This document shows, piece after piece, positions 30,849 to 40,829 of a DNA stretch of 64,000 nucleotides (position 1 is the first letter of the stretch; each line of letters begins with the position of its first letter). The DNA is from Candidatus Latescibacterota bacterium. GTDB lineage: Bacteria; Latescibacterota; UBA2968; UBA8231. Both the position numbers and the translations under genes were made by a program. The stretch is from contig OZ241889.1 of NCBI GenBank assembly GCA_965203355.1, positions 288,001 through 352,000 of the forward strand, read 5' to 3'. The notes below the pieces were generated by a model, which saw only the letters and a list, made by a program, of their open reading frames with translations, ran no database searches and was not told the DNA's origin.

Positions 30849-33722
30849 TCAGGCTAGGTAGTTCTTGAGGAATTGCCCGGTGTACGACTCGCTCACTTGG
30901 GCGAGCTCCTCTGGAGTGCCCTGCCCGACGATCTGACCACCGTTGTGGCCGCCTTCGGGACCTAAGTCAATGATGTAGTCCGCGGTCTTGATGACGTCGA
31001 GGTGGTGTTCAATGACCAAGACCGTATGGCCGGCCTCGACTAGGCGGTTGAGGCTGTCGAGCAGGCGCTGAATGTCGGCCAAGTGCAGCCCGGTGGTAGG
31101 CTCGTCAAGCAGGTAGAGGTTGCTCTTGCCGCGCTTGAGCTTGCCCAGCTCGTCGGCCAGCTTGACGCGCTGGGCCTCGCCACCCGACAGCAGCGGAGCC
31201 GGGTGGCCAATTTGCAAATAACCCAGCCCCAAATCGTCAAGCACACCCAATTTGTGGGCGATGAGCCGCTGGTTGGCGAAAAAGTCCACCCCTTCCTCTA
31301 TGGTCATCGCCAAAACCTCGGCGATATTCTTGCCTTGATAGGTAACGTCGAGCGTGTCCTGATTGTAGCGCGCCCCCTTGCAGGTGGGGCAGGACACCTC
31401 CACATCGGCCATCAGATGCAGCTTGGTGGTGACCGCGCCCTCGCCGCCGCACTCCTCGCAGCGGCCTCCCTTGACATTGAAGCTAAAGCGCGAGGCCGTA
31501 TAGCCGCGTTTCTCGGCTTCGGGCGTCCCGGCAAAGAGGCGGCGGATGTTGTCGTAGAAACCGATGTACGTGGCTGGGTTGGAGCGGGGCGAGCGACCGA
31601 TGGGGGATTGGTCAATGTTGATCACATCGCTTATGTGCTCGATCCCGTCGAGGCGGTCGTGCGCGCCCGACAGCACGCGGCTGTCGTGGAAGATGGAGTA
31701 GAGCTTCTTGTAGAGAATGTCGTGGACGAGGGAGCTCTTGCCCGAGCCAGAAGCCCCACTGACGCAGACGAAGCCCCCCAAGGGGATCTTGACGTCGAGG
31801 TCGTCGAGATTGTTGGCGCGGGCACCACAAACGCGCAAGCTGTGGCCGTTGAGCGGGCGGCGCTCGGCCGGCACGCTAATGCGCTGGCGACCGGTGAGAA
31901 ACTGGCCGGTCAGGGAGTCGGGATTTTTCAATATCTGGCCAATGGGGCCCTCGGCGGCGATGCGGCCACCGTGTACGCCCGGCCCGGGGCCGAGCTCAAT
32001 GACGTGATCGGCCGCGCGAATGGTCTCCTCGTCGTGCTCCACCACAATGACCGTGTTGCCCACATCGCGCAGGCGGCGGAGCGTCTCTATCATCTTGACG
32101 TTGTCTTTGGGATGGAGGCCAATGGAAGGCTCGTCGAGCACGTAGAGCATGCCCATCAGGCCGGAGCCGATCTGCGTAGAAAGGCGAATGCGCTGGGCCT
32201 CGCCGCCGGAGAGCGTCCCCGCCCGGCGCGTGAGGCTGAGATAATCCAAGCCAATGCCCATGATGAGATCGAGCCGCAGCACCAACTCGCGTGCGATCTG
32301 CTCGCCGGCCTGCTTCCGCTGCACCGGCATGGGAACGCTCTTGAGGAAATCGCGCAGCTCTTGCAGGTGCATCTCGCACAGGTCGTGGATGGTGCGGCCG
32401 GCCACGGTGACGAGCAGGCGCGTGGCCTTGAGCCGCGTACCGCCGCAGTCCGGGCAGTCGTATTCGACCATGACCTTGCGCAGGTAGTCCTCCATCCCCG
32501 AGTGCGCCACTCCTTGGCGGCGATAGCGGCGGTAGCGGCGATCGATTTGATTGATGATCCCGTCAAAAGAGACCCGACGCCCTTTGTAGCGACCGCCCTC
32601 GGTCGCACCCGGCGGCAGCACAATGGTGAAGCGCTCGCCTTTGGTGCCGTAGAACAGCACTTCTACAATGCGGTCGGACAGCTCGGCAAAGGGCGTGTCC
32701 AAACCGAAGCCGTAGTGTTGGGCCAAACTGTAAAAGATGCGACCACCCCATCCATTGCGGTCGCAGTTAATCGCCTCGCGCACAAAGGCACCGTCGATAA
32801 TGCTCCGGCTCTTGTCGGGTACCAGCAGATCGGGATGGACTTGGAGATAGGTGCCCAAGCCCGAACAAGTGACGCAGGCCGAGAGCGGCTCGTTGAAGGT
32901 GAAGTAGCCTTGAGTCAACTCGGCCATGCTGAGGCGGTGTTCGGGGCAACCGAAACCTTCGTAGAAGGCCGCGACCTCTGGAGCGGAGGCCATTTCAGGA
33001 TTAAGCAAGTGGAAGCTGAGAAAGTTCTCGCCCACCACTAGGCCGTGCTCAATAGACGCGAGGAGTTGCTTTTGCAGCTCGCCGCCGAGGACGAAGCGGT
33101 CAATGACCGCCTCAATGTGGAAATTCTCGTTTTCGTCGAGTTCGGGCTCCTCGCTCAGGTCGCATAGCTCGCCGTCGATGCGCACGCGCCGATAGCCCTT
33201 GGTGCGAATGTCGTCAAACAGGAATGCGTAGTCTTCGCCGTAGATCTTATATACTGGCGCGCGGATTTCTACCTCGGCCCCGTCCGGCAGGGACAGCACG
33301 TGTTCGGCCATCTGGTAGGGCGTGCGGTAGGCGATGGGGCGGCGGCAATAGGGGCAGTGGGCTTGGCCCACCGTGGCGTAGAGCATTCGCAGATATTCGT
33401 ACAAATCGGTCATGGTGCCGACGGTTGAGCGCGGATTGTTGAAGATGGTCTTCTGCTCAATGGAAATGACCGGCGAAAGCCCGGTGACAAAATCGACATC
33501 CGGCTTCTTCATCTGCTCGACGAAGCGCTTGGCATAGGTGGACATGGACTCCATGAAGCGCCGCTGGCCTTCGGCGTACACCGTGTCGAAGGCCAGCGAG
33601 GATTTGCCCGAGCCGCTGATGCCGGTGACGACGACCAGTTTATCGCGCGGAATGCTAACGTCGATGTTTTGCAGGTTGTTTTCGCGTGCGCCCTTGATGG
33701 TGATCGCGTCTTTCATTGCCAC
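30849..33722 (-). CDS. uvrA: Excinuclease ABC subunit A
   Basis: Two Walker A motifs ([18 protein letters not shown]), LSGGEAQR twice, zinc fingers. Confidence 0.95.
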   Translation of the reverse strand: MAMKDAITIKGARENNLQNIDVSIPRDKLVVVTGISGSGKSSLAFDTVYAEGQRRFMESMSTYAKRFVEQMKKPDVDFVTGLSPVISIEQKTIFNNPRSTVGTMTDLYEYLRMLYATVGQAHCPYCRRPIAYRTPYQMAEHVLSLPDGAEVEIRAPVYKIYGEDYAFLFDDIRTKGYRRVRIDGELCDLSEEPELDENENFHIEAVIDRFVLGGELQKQLLASIEHGLVVGENFLSFHLLNPEMASAPEVAAFYEGFGCPEHRLSMAELTQGYFTFNEPLSACVTCSGLGTYLQVHPDLLVPDKSRSIIDGAFVREAINCDRNGWGGRIFYSLAQHYGFGLDTPFAELSDRIVEVLFYGTKGERFTIVLPPGATEGGRYKGRRVSFDGIINQIDRRYRRYRRQGVAHSGMEDYLRKVMVEYDCPDCGGTRLKATRLLVTVAGRTIHDLCEMHLQELRDFLKSVPMPVQRKQAGEQIARELVLRLDLIMGIGLDYLSLTRRAGTLSGGEAQRIRLSTQIGSGLMGMLYVLDEPSIGLHPKDNVKMIETLRRLRDVGNTVIVVEHDEETIRAADHVIELGPGPGVHGGRIAAEGPIGQILKNPDSLTGQFLTGRQRISVPAERRPLNGHSLRVCGARANNLDDLDVKIPLGGFVCVSGASGSGKSSLVHDILYKKLYSIFHDSRVLSGAHDRLDGIEHISDVINIDQSPIGRSPRSNPATYIGFYDNIRRLFAGTPEAEKRGYTASRFSFNVKGGRCEECGGEGAVTTKLHLMADVEVSCPTCKGARYNQDTLDVTYQGKNIAEVLAMTIEEGVDFFANQRLIAHKLGVLDDLGLGYLQIGHPAPLLSGGEAQRVKLADELGKLKRGKSNLYLLDEPTTGLHLADIQRLLDSLNRLVEAGHTVLVIEHHLDVIKTADYIIDLGPEGGHNGGQIVGQGTPEELAQVSESYTGQFLKNYLA

Positions 33723-33740
33723 AGCGTGTGTCCTCCTGCG

Positions 33741-34703
33741 TTAGTGCAGGCCCCAATCGGACCCGTCGTCGTAGTGATAGGCTGCTTCCTGTAGCTCTGT
33801 GCGGCTTTTTTCGGTGAGACGCAGCGGCGCTGACATCTTTTGCAACAGGCCCTTTTCAACCAGCCACTCACAAGCGAAGTCCGCGCCTTCCATCTTAAAG
33901 TGTTCCTCTATTTCCGACACCGTGCGCATGGCCTCGGCCTCTTCCAAATAGCCGAGCAGAGGCCGGAACAGATCCCAAAGGTGATCGTCGAGGTAGCTTT
34001 CTACGCGCTGGAGAGCGGCCTGGAGGGTGCGGGCGTTTTTGGGTGCGGCGATGAGATCCGTGTAGATGGCGTTGAAGAACGCGGGATTGAAGGCGAGGGC
34101 TTGATGAATGACCTCGCGGCCCGGGGCCTGGCCGTTGAGTATGCACTCGACGCTGGCGAGCTGATCGGCCACGTTGAGCAGCCACAGGAAGCTATAGTTG
34201 TAGTCCTTCTTCACCTGATACCACTTTTGGGCTTTGGTCAAGGTGGCCAACAGCGGCAGGGCACGCCGCAGCAACTGGTAGTCGCGGTCGCGTGCGCCAA
34301 CGCGCTCGGCGTCTTTGTACCATGCGACAATGGACTCGTCCTTGGAAAATAGGAGGGTGCTGTGGGCAAAGGTAAAGTCGAGCCAACCGCCTTGGCGCGA
34401 GCCTTCTATGTTCAACTGGAAGCGTTTGCGCGGGATGAGATTGGCGTGGATGATGACGCCTTCCTCGGTGAGGCAGTGGTCTTTGTAGCGTCGCACCTTG
34501 GGGTCGTCGGCCATGACGATCCACAAGTCAATGTCGGACTTCTCCCAAACCTGATCGTACGAATAGGAGCCATAGACGATGGCGGCCAAAACCGTGCGGT
34601 CTTGTTGGAGCTTTTGAGTCAAGGCGTCGAGCGCCCGGCGATAGCGTTGTTGGACGGCTTGCTGCGAGCGAGACATGACATTTCCTGACGAGGCGATTAA
34701 CAT
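33741..34703 (-). CDS. Nucleotidyltransferase-fold protein co-transcribed with uvrA
   Basis: [12 protein letters not shown] motif (GS-x-DxD); start may be 34676. Confidence 0.75.
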   Translation of the reverse strand: MLIASSGNVMSRSQQAVQQRYRRALDALTQKLQQDRTVLAAIVYGSYSYDQVWEKSDIDLWIVMADDPKVRRYKDHCLTEEGVIIHANLIPRKRFQLNIEGSRQGGWLDFTFAHSTLLFSKDESIVAWYKDAERVGARDRDYQLLRRALPLLATLTKAQKWYQVKKDYNYSFLWLLNVADQLASVECILNGQAPGREVIHQALAFNPAFFNAIYTDLIAAPKNARTLQAALQRVESYLDDHLWDLFRPLLGYLEEAEAMRTVSEIEEHFKMEGADFACEWLVEKGLLQKMSAPLRLTEKSRTELQEAAYHYDDGSDWGLH

Positions 34704-34716
34704 GTGAGCGGCCTAA

Positions 34717-34745
34717 AATATACTGAACATACGTGTAGCTGTCAA
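34717..34745 (-). promoter_or_regulatory. sigma70-type promoter for the NTase-uvrA operon
   Basis: TTGACA-17 bp-TATATT. Confidence 0.7.
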
Positions 34746-34834
34746 GCTACCGCAAAGCCCAACTGCGTGGCAGATTCCGGGGCGTCCGTGAGCCGCTTAG
34801 AAGCTGTTTTCTGAGCCGCCCGCTGACAAAATTG

Positions 34835-34862
34835 TTGACAACGAAAATCGCCGCTATATTTT
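34835..34862 (+). promoter_or_regulatory. sigma70-type promoter upstream of the candidate structured RNA
   Basis: TTGACA-16 bp-TATTTT. Confidence 0.55.
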
Positions 34863-34864
34863 AT

Positions 34865-35040
34865 CCGTGCCTTCATCAAACAGAGTGCCCGCACTACGTC
34901 GGGTTATCTGTTGAATAAAACAGCCTTGTATTCGGCACAGGGTAGCTCCCTGAAGCCCGGCGAATAGGCAGAACTTCTCAATTACTCTGTGAGATGGAGG
35001 CATGGCCCGGCACCTTGCTGGGTCGTTGGCCCTTTATACT
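34865..35040 (+). ncRNA. Candidate structured RNA or leader (fold-back; family unassigned)
   Basis: 34865-34886 pairs with 34984-35005 (22 positions, two G.U pairs and a 2x2 loop). Internal hairpins, a promoter directly upstream, and no ORF. Confidence 0.45.
34988..35020. repeat. 33-bp inverted repeat, left copy (partner at 39673..39705)
   Basis: TGTGAGATGGAGGCATGGCCCGGCACCTTGCTG; 31/33 identical to the reverse complement of the right copy. Confidence 0.85.
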
Positions 35041-35563
35041 TAGCAGAGGAGCGGCGAGCAAGTTCTGATTCAACGAATTATCCCCAACATCCCAACGTAA
35101 CTAAGTGTCTTTTCTTGAGCGTTTTTGGGTCTACCTGAAAACGTATATGGAGTTCTCTGATCATCGTATTTTTGGGACTCTGACGATCAGGTGTACGGAC
35201 TTCCAATTGTATCACGGCAGATCAACCTATTGAAAGGGAGGGAAATATTTGCCATGAACAAAATTCTTGTAGTCGTTTGCTTTGTTATAACGCTGTTCTC
35301 GGCGCGAGGTGTCGAAGCCCAGAGCGTCGAGAAGAAGAACTGGGAGATACACATTAAGCTCGGTTCTCAAAGCTACTTAAACGAGCTAAATCCTGACCCC
35401 GGGAGTGCCGCACTAGGTGGCGTCCTCATTGGATATAATCTATCCGATCGATCCATGGTCGGACTACATTCCGCCTCCGCTAGCTACCAGATCCAATATC
35501 TAGACGGAACCACTGACGAAGAATACGTCAACTCCTTTTTACTTCTTTACCGCTATCGCTTTA

Positions 35564-36490
35564 GAAGCGTTTTTAAAATTCATTTTTTTTAGCGATTCGC
35601 TTGAGTATCAAATGGATCATCGCGATTTGGATAAAGGCTTCACTATTGCAAGTTAGGTGCTCGTAGTCTTTGGCATGGACTCGATAGTTGAGTAGCCAAG
35701 CAAACGTTCGTTCGACGACCCAACGACGAGGGAGCACCTCAAAGCCGGAGCCTTGTTTGGATACGACTTCAAGGTCTATTTTGTGCGTTTTTTTTTGAGC
35801 CACCCATTGCCTAAGCGGCGCGCCTTTATAGGCTCCATCCACCCACAGCTTGCGTAACCTTTGTACCGTGGGTGAAAAGTAGGTTTTCAACAAGGTCTTC
35901 AAGCCGTCGGCATCCGAGGTCGAAGCGGCGGTCACCACACATTCAATCAGACGACCCTCGGTGTCGACCAACAGATGGCGTTTGCGTCCTTTAACCTTCT
36001 TGCCGGCATCGTATCCAACACTTTTACCTTGGGTGGCCGTGGTAACGCTCTGCGCGTCCACGATCCCCGCCGACGGGGTCGGTGCCCGGCCGTGCTGGAT
36101 GCGATCCTGCTTGGTTAGGGCGTCGAGTATCTGTGGCCAAACCCCTTGTTGACGCCAGCGATTGAAGTAGCCATACACCGTTTGCCAAGGCCCAAAACAC
36201 CGCGGCAGCATCGGCCAAGGACACCCGGTTTTAGCCCGATACAGCAGCCCATTCATCACCAAACGCACCGCCCGAGGTGGCCGACCCGGACCCCCTTGAC
36301 GCCAACGGCCCCGAGGCAGCAGACGAGCAAGTAACAGCCATTGTGCATCGGTCAAATCCGTCGCATATTCTACACCGGGCGTACCCATATATAACCCCCC
36401 TTTCAGGCTTTGTGATGAAACCTAAAGGTCGGTTCATGGGTACGTCCTTTCAAGGGAAAATCAACTAAAAGTGAATTTTAAAAAGGCTTC
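35564..36490 (-). mobile_element. IS5-family insertion sequence (IS1031-like), 927 bp
   Basis: Terminal inverted repeats GAAGC(G/C)TTTTTAAAATTCA; 3-bp TTA target duplication at 35561-35563 and 36491-36493. Confidence 0.95.
35573..36388 (-). CDS. IS5-family DDE transposase
   Basis: YATDLTDAQW, TGCPW..LP..FGPWQTVY, IVDAQS, VDTEG, VDGAY, RWVVERTFAWL. Confidence 0.95.
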   Translation of the reverse strand: MGTPGVEYATDLTDAQWLLLARLLPRGRWRQGGPGRPPRAVRLVMNGLLYRAKTGCPWPMLPRCFGPWQTVYGYFNRWRQQGVWPQILDALTKQDRIQHGRAPTPSAGIVDAQSVTTATQGKSVGYDAGKKVKGRKRHLLVDTEGRLIECVVTAASTSDADGLKTLLKTYFSPTVQRLRKLWVDGAYKGAPLRQWVAQKKTHKIDLEVVSKQGSGFEVLPRRWVVERTFAWLLNYRVHAKDYEHLTCNSEAFIQIAMIHLILKRIAKKNEF

Positions 36491-36840
36491 TTAGAGTTCA
36501 AAAAGCACTCAAGCCCTATCTTGAAGCTGGCCTCGGATCAGCTGATCCCATCATCGGCTATGACACAGGCTCCAAGCCCGCTGTTACCTTCGCTCTCGGT
36601 GCGCTATGGCACTTCCATGACAAATGGGCCGTCTCCCTTGAAAGCCGAGGCGTCTCTTGGTCTCAAGACAACACCACTGATGTTGCCGAAGTATTCGGGG
36701 CAGTCGGAGAGTCTATTACCGTAAGTTCCAATGAGTTCACTTTGGGAATTGGATATCTCTTCTAGAACTGTCTAATAACAGCTTCTAGACGCTGGAATGC
36801 TATACTCATTAAGGGTGTATTTATTTGGTTTTCAATAGCA

Positions 36841-37254
36841 ATGAGGTGCAACATGATTTACCTAGTCCTTCTCATATCACTTACTCTGTTAGCGGCCTGC
36901 GACACGGTGAAGCAGCTAGCAGGACAAGTAGTTGTGTCAGTCGAAAATGCAACTGAAATAGACGACTTTGAGATTTATGCACACGGCAAAAGGAGATTCA
37001 GTCTTGATGCAGGAGAGAAGAAATCCTTCTCAGTCAGTGGATCAGGTACAAGTCCTATAAGGATAATTGTAAGACATCAAAGGCTATTCTCCGATGTAGT
37101 CTTTGAGCTTGGAAAATCCGAAGATGGAGATGGTGTAGGGGGCAGTGCAAATTTAGTGATCGCTACCGAAATCAGGTTGGGACAAGAGGTAGTAATCGTA
37201 ACTTGTACGAACTGTAACCGATCTAGTGCAAAGTCTAACCCAATAAGCCATTAA
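36841..37254 (+). CDS. Hypothetical lipoprotein
   Basis: Lipobox LAAC; AT-rich; start may be 36853. Confidence 0.65.
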   Translation: MRCNMIYLVLLISLTLLAACDTVKQLAGQVVVSVENATEIDDFEIYAHGKRRFSLDAGEKKSFSVSGSGTSPIRIIVRHQRLFSDVVFELGKSEDGDGVGGSANLVIATEIRLGQEVVIVTCTNCNRSSAKSNPISH

Positions 37255-37295
37255 CACCTAATAAGTGAAGCGTTTCTTTTTGTAAGGAGTGTAAA

Positions 37296-38303
37296 ATGAA
37301 AAGAATACTATGCCCTATCATCCTCGCAGCTATATTCGCGTGTAGTAGCGAGGATCCAATGTCGGCTCCTATCGCCTCCAAGCTGACTCAGGCCCCCGAG
37401 GACGAGCCCATCGAGTGTGACCTTACCGAGATAGACAGCTTGCGGCAAAACTATGACGAGCAGATCGATGAATTGGAAAGGATCATCGAAGCTTTTGAAA
37501 TCAAAGAGCCAATAAGAGGTCTTGCGGGCACATGGATAGCTACGTCCACGTCAGAGAACAGGAACGCGGTATCCTCCATCATTAATCTCATTCTCGTAGT
37601 GAGATGGCAAAAGAGCAATATCTACGAACGCGAAATTTGGGCGGTGCTGGATGGAAAGACTGTACTCCACGCATTCGGCGAACTACATATCACCAATAGG
37701 GAGGAAAATATCTCTGTTTTCTACGAGAGCTATCAGTATGGGGGGTGGACGAGAGACACGTATGGCGAGCGGCAGTCTCTACCTTATTTATATAGCGAAT
37801 GGAATTACGATACACTCGTTTTTTCTGAAGATTACCTTGAACTGAAGTGGGAAAGGGCTCAATACCAGCGAGTAACCAGTGGCCAAAAGCCGACCCAAGT
37901 CGCTATCGATCCTGTGGGCACCGAGCCGGTACTAGGTCTTGCGGGCACATGGATAGCCACGTCAGAGGACCCCACAGGCAACACTATTGCATTAGCATAC
38001 AAAGAGAACAACATATATGAATACGAAATTTGGTCGGTGGAGGACGGAAAGACTGTCGGCTTACTGTATGGCGAATGGCACATTCTTCGCGAGCAGTCAA
38101 CCAATACTTGGAGCTTCTACAACTACCAACATGGAGGGTCGGTGATGGACACGTACGGCGAGTGGCAGACCGTTCCACGAACTGATTTCGCGAGTCTTGC
38201 CTCCACATTAGTTCTTTCCAACGACCACCTTGATTTAGGGACATCTCAATACCGGCGTGATATGGCTGGAGATCTTCCGACGAACGACGCCGACGGGGCT
38301 TGA
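37296..38303 (+). CDS. Hypothetical lipoprotein with two tandem beta-rich (lipocalin-like) domains
   Basis: RBS AAGGAG, lipobox IFAC, duplicated GLAGTWIATS...NIYExEIW..DGKTV...DTYGE. Confidence 0.8.
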   Translation: MKRILCPIILAAIFACSSEDPMSAPIASKLTQAPEDEPIECDLTEIDSLRQNYDEQIDELERIIEAFEIKEPIRGLAGTWIATSTSENRNAVSSIINLILVVRWQKSNIYEREIWAVLDGKTVLHAFGELHITNREENISVFYESYQYGGWTRDTYGERQSLPYLYSEWNYDTLVFSEDYLELKWERAQYQRVTSGQKPTQVAIDPVGTEPVLGLAGTWIATSEDPTGNTIALAYKENNIYEYEIWSVEDGKTVGLLYGEWHILREQSTNTWSFYNYQHGGSVMDTYGEWQTVPRTDFASLASTLVLSNDHLDLGTSQYRRDMAGDLPTNDADGA

Positions 38304-38402
38304 CCGAAGACGGAAAGGACGATAGCTTGTCTTCGGTTAGGGACCACACCCAACAACATCAACGACTTACTTAACAACACCCAGACAAAGAAGGAGGCGA
38401 CC

Positions 38403-39422
38403 ATGTCGCGAGCTTATGTTGTGAGAACAACGGAATACTCCGGGGAGCCGATTCCCGGCGTTTTTGAGGAACTGCAAGCTGGCCGAGCGAGGATAGGCTG
38501 GTCCTATAGAGATGATCTCGACTTGCGCAAGATTCAGGAAAAGCTCAAACAGGGAAGTCCACTGAATGGAGACGAACAAGCAGCCCAGCGATGCTTGGGA
38601 TTCCTCACTAAACCGGCTTTGGACGACTATCTCCTCTATCCTCATCAGCCAACTAGACGGAAGTTCTGTGTCGTTCAGGTCAAGGGCGAATACGACTATT
38701 CGGCTGCGGAAGACAGCCTCAATGGAGATTTCAGGTCATTCAGACCCTGCTCTCTTATGACATCGAAGCCGGTTGATATGTACGACGAGATCGTACCCTC
38801 TCAACTCCGGCGGAGTCTCGGAATTCAAGGACGCTTTTATGGTATTAGTGATACTAGCCCGTTATCCATCTTTTTAGAGGATCTACCTGAAGCAGGACGC
38901 ACCCAAGGTGATTCAAACCGGACGAGTTTGCTGAGAATCAACAAAGAGCTTCGAGAGAAACTCCCTGACGCGCTCCGCAGGGAATTCAGTAGAGACGATC
39001 TATCTAGGAAATTCTGTCCAGACCTCTTCGATCGAATGGGCTATTCTTATGTTTTGCAGGAAGGCCCTTCCGAATGCGGCTCCGATCTCGTCGTATCTAT
39101 AGGTTCTCCCTTCTTGCTAGATTCGGTTGATATTCGAATTGGCGTACAGGTTTTTGCCTACGAAGGAACCGTTGAAGAATCGGCTCTTCAATGCAAACTG
39201 GACCAGTTACTTAAAGGTTGGGAAACTAACTGTCTTGACTACGGAGTTTTACTCACAACGGGACTATGTAGCGATGAGGCCAAGGAAGCACTAGACAGGC
39301 ACAATAAGAATGATAAGAATGAGCCGAATCGGCTTGTGAACCTAATTGACGGTAACGACCTCGCTGATCTTTTTCTTAAGTACTTCCTACCGGCAGCGGA
39401 TGAGTATCCAAAGGCGAGATAG
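38403..39422 (+). CDS. Mrr-like restriction endonuclease domain protein
   Basis: RBS AGGAGG; N-terminal ARIGW domain; C-terminal LFDRMGY..GSDLVV..GVQV..GVLLTTG..LIDGNDL typical of the Mrr catalytic domain. Confidence 0.75.
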   Translation: MSRAYVVRTTEYSGEPIPGVFEELQAGRARIGWSYRDDLDLRKIQEKLKQGSPLNGDEQAAQRCLGFLTKPALDDYLLYPHQPTRRKFCVVQVKGEYDYSAAEDSLNGDFRSFRPCSLMTSKPVDMYDEIVPSQLRRSLGIQGRFYGISDTSPLSIFLEDLPEAGRTQGDSNRTSLLRINKELREKLPDALRREFSRDDLSRKFCPDLFDRMGYSYVLQEGPSECGSDLVVSIGSPFLLDSVDIRIGVQVFAYEGTVEESALQCKLDQLLKGWETNCLDYGVLLTTGLCSDEAKEALDRHNKNDKNEPNRLVNLIDGNDLADLFLKYFLPAADEYPKAR

Positions 39423-39672
39423 ATAGTGATGTGACGGGAATATCATATCCGAAAATGTATTAAGCCTTTGTCAATGTCGCCTATCTGACGATTATACTCA
39501 GAGGGTTACGAAACCGCTTCTACTCAATTACCGCCCAACACCCAATAGCTCCTATCCCGGTCTGGTAGTCTTGGCCGCAAACCGTCCTTGGCAGAGCTGA
39601 TTCCCTCAAAAAAAATTTCTACCTGCGACGCGATCTGTCGCACCTCTCAGGTAAATTTCCTTTTATCACAAT

Positions 39673-39705
39673 CAGCAGGGTGCCGAGCCATGCCTCCATC
39701 TCACA
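39673..39705. repeat. 33-bp inverted repeat, right copy
   Basis: CAGCAGGGTGCCGAGCCATGCCTCCATCTCACA. Confidence 0.85.
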
Positions 39706-39745
39706 AATTCCAACGCGCCCTGCCGAGGATTATCTATCGCGTACC

Positions 39746-39858
39746 GCTTCCGGCTCGGCGGCACTAGCCCCTATCGCGCTGCCGCCGGGCACTTATGCCG
39801 TCCCAGACTAGCTCAAGCCCTGCCTTCCAAGCTCTCGTTGATGCCATCCGCGTGGTAT
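39746..39858 (+). pseudogene. Decayed duplicate of the leader and 5' end of the methionine-synthase-like gene (40764-40941)
   Basis: Aligns by eye in two blocks, with an internal deletion and small indels. Confidence 0.75.
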
Positions 39859-39900
39859 CTTCCGGCGGCATCTGCTGACGTCGTAATAAAGCGGATGAAC

Positions 39901-40290
39901 TTACCGCGTCTTTACATGCGCGTACTGTAGTATTTTTTGATCAACCGTGAGCAGTTCACAGTCGTACTCGCGGGCGGTTGCAACGATGATTTGATCGGCC
40001 GGATCGCGGTGAAATTCACCCGGCAATTTGGTCGCAGTAATGGCAATCCTTGGAGTGAGTTCAATATATTGAATACCGGGTAAGGCCAGTGCTGTGTCCA
40101 TCCATTCCTCAATAGGGCAGGCCAATTTCAGTCTTTTGTATTCCACCAACTTGGCGATCTCCCAGCAAGAAATTGCCGATACCCCAAGACCGGTCGGCCG
40201 CTCTTGCTCAATTACATTCCTATAGTACTCGGTTAGTCGCTCGTTTTCATCGGCCAGCCAGACCCACAGGTGAGTATCCAGAATAATCAC
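39901..40290 (-). CDS. vapC: PIN-domain (VapC family) toxin
   Basis: IILDTHLWVW, SAISCWEI, HRDPADQIIVATA, LLTVD. Confidence 0.92.
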   Translation of the reverse strand: MIILDTHLWVWLADENERLTEYYRNVIEQERPTGLGVSAISCWEIAKLVEYKRLKLACPIEEWMDTALALPGIQYIELTPRIAITATKLPGEFHRDPADQIIVATAREYDCELLTVDQKILQYAHVKTR

Positions 40291-40505
40291 TTTAATAGTT
40301 CCCAGTCATCTTCAGCGACAGGCTCCGTCGGCTCCACATATTCAATGACTTTGCCGCGCAGCGGCGAAGGTGTCACAGAGTGGAGGCCGGTTCCATACGA
40401 CAATATAATTACTTCTACCTTGTCTCCTTCTTTAAAAGGAAGAGCACTCAGCTTTAGTTCTCCGTTTGCGGCGATCTGTTTCTCGACGCGATAGGCTTTC
40501 ATCAC
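40287..40505 (-). CDS. Putative antitoxin of the adjacent PIN toxin
   Basis: 72 aa, overlaps the toxin start by 4 bp; LPFKEGDKVEVII..LRGKVIEY..P.EPVAEDDW. Confidence 0.8.
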   Translation of the reverse strand: MMKAYRVEKQIAANGELKLSALPFKEGDKVEVIILSYGTGLHSVTPSPLRGKVIEYVEPTEPVAEDDWELLK

Positions 40506-40694
40506 TCAGCTAACTCCTCTCGGATCACTTTACGCAAGGTTTCCTCTAAGACAATCCTGAACTTGGATATATTGACGCAATGCCTCGTTGATCAAGGTCT
40601 GGTAATCGTCAAAGACTCCGACAGCATCGGCAAAGTCGATTCCATGTTTTTGCAGATTGAATCGAGCTTTGGCGGCGTCCCACTGATAATCCAT
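40502..40694 (-). pseudogene. Collapsed BrnT/BrnA toxin-antitoxin remnant
   Basis: MDYQWDAAKARFNLQKHGIDFADAVGVFDD (BrnT N-terminus) joined to YQTLINEALRQYI, with a frameshifted LEETLRKVIREELAE tail (BrnA C-terminus). Confidence 0.8.
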
Positions 40695-40829
40695 CTTTTA
40701 ATTTATGCACAAATGATGCACAATCAAAGAGTTCACCCTTCAGCTTTTGGGTATAAGACTCCGGCTTCCGCGCTCGGCGGCTCTAGCCTCTGTTGCGCTG
40801 CCGCCACCGAACACTTATCGTAGCCAGCC

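Larger units (their letters stand above)
35254..36765 (+). pseudogene. Outer-membrane beta-barrel protein gene interrupted by an IS5-family element
   Basis: Removing the IS and one TTA restores a 193-aa frame: MNKILVV..VEA/Q...YRYRF|RVQKALKPYLEAGLG...FTLGIGYLF. Confidence 0.9.

Noticed and set aside
31083-33041. 652-aa plus-strand ORF, and similar long ORFs such as 4567..5778, 16773..17831, 53227..54432 and 62781..63674
   Set aside because: Antisense or off-frame shadows of clear genes in GC-rich DNA, with no recognisable motifs.
34865-35040. tRNA, tmRNA, RNase P, SRP RNA or a known riboswitch
   Set aside because: None of their hallmark sequence motifs could be recognised; left unassigned.
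35788-35796. T9 run in the transposase as a programmed frameshift site
   Set aside because: The transposase is already a single uninterrupted frame.
36766-39600. Integron cassette array
   Set aside because: The genes are co-oriented and AT-rich, but I found no convincing attC palindromes (RYYYAAC...GTTRRRY) and no integrase.
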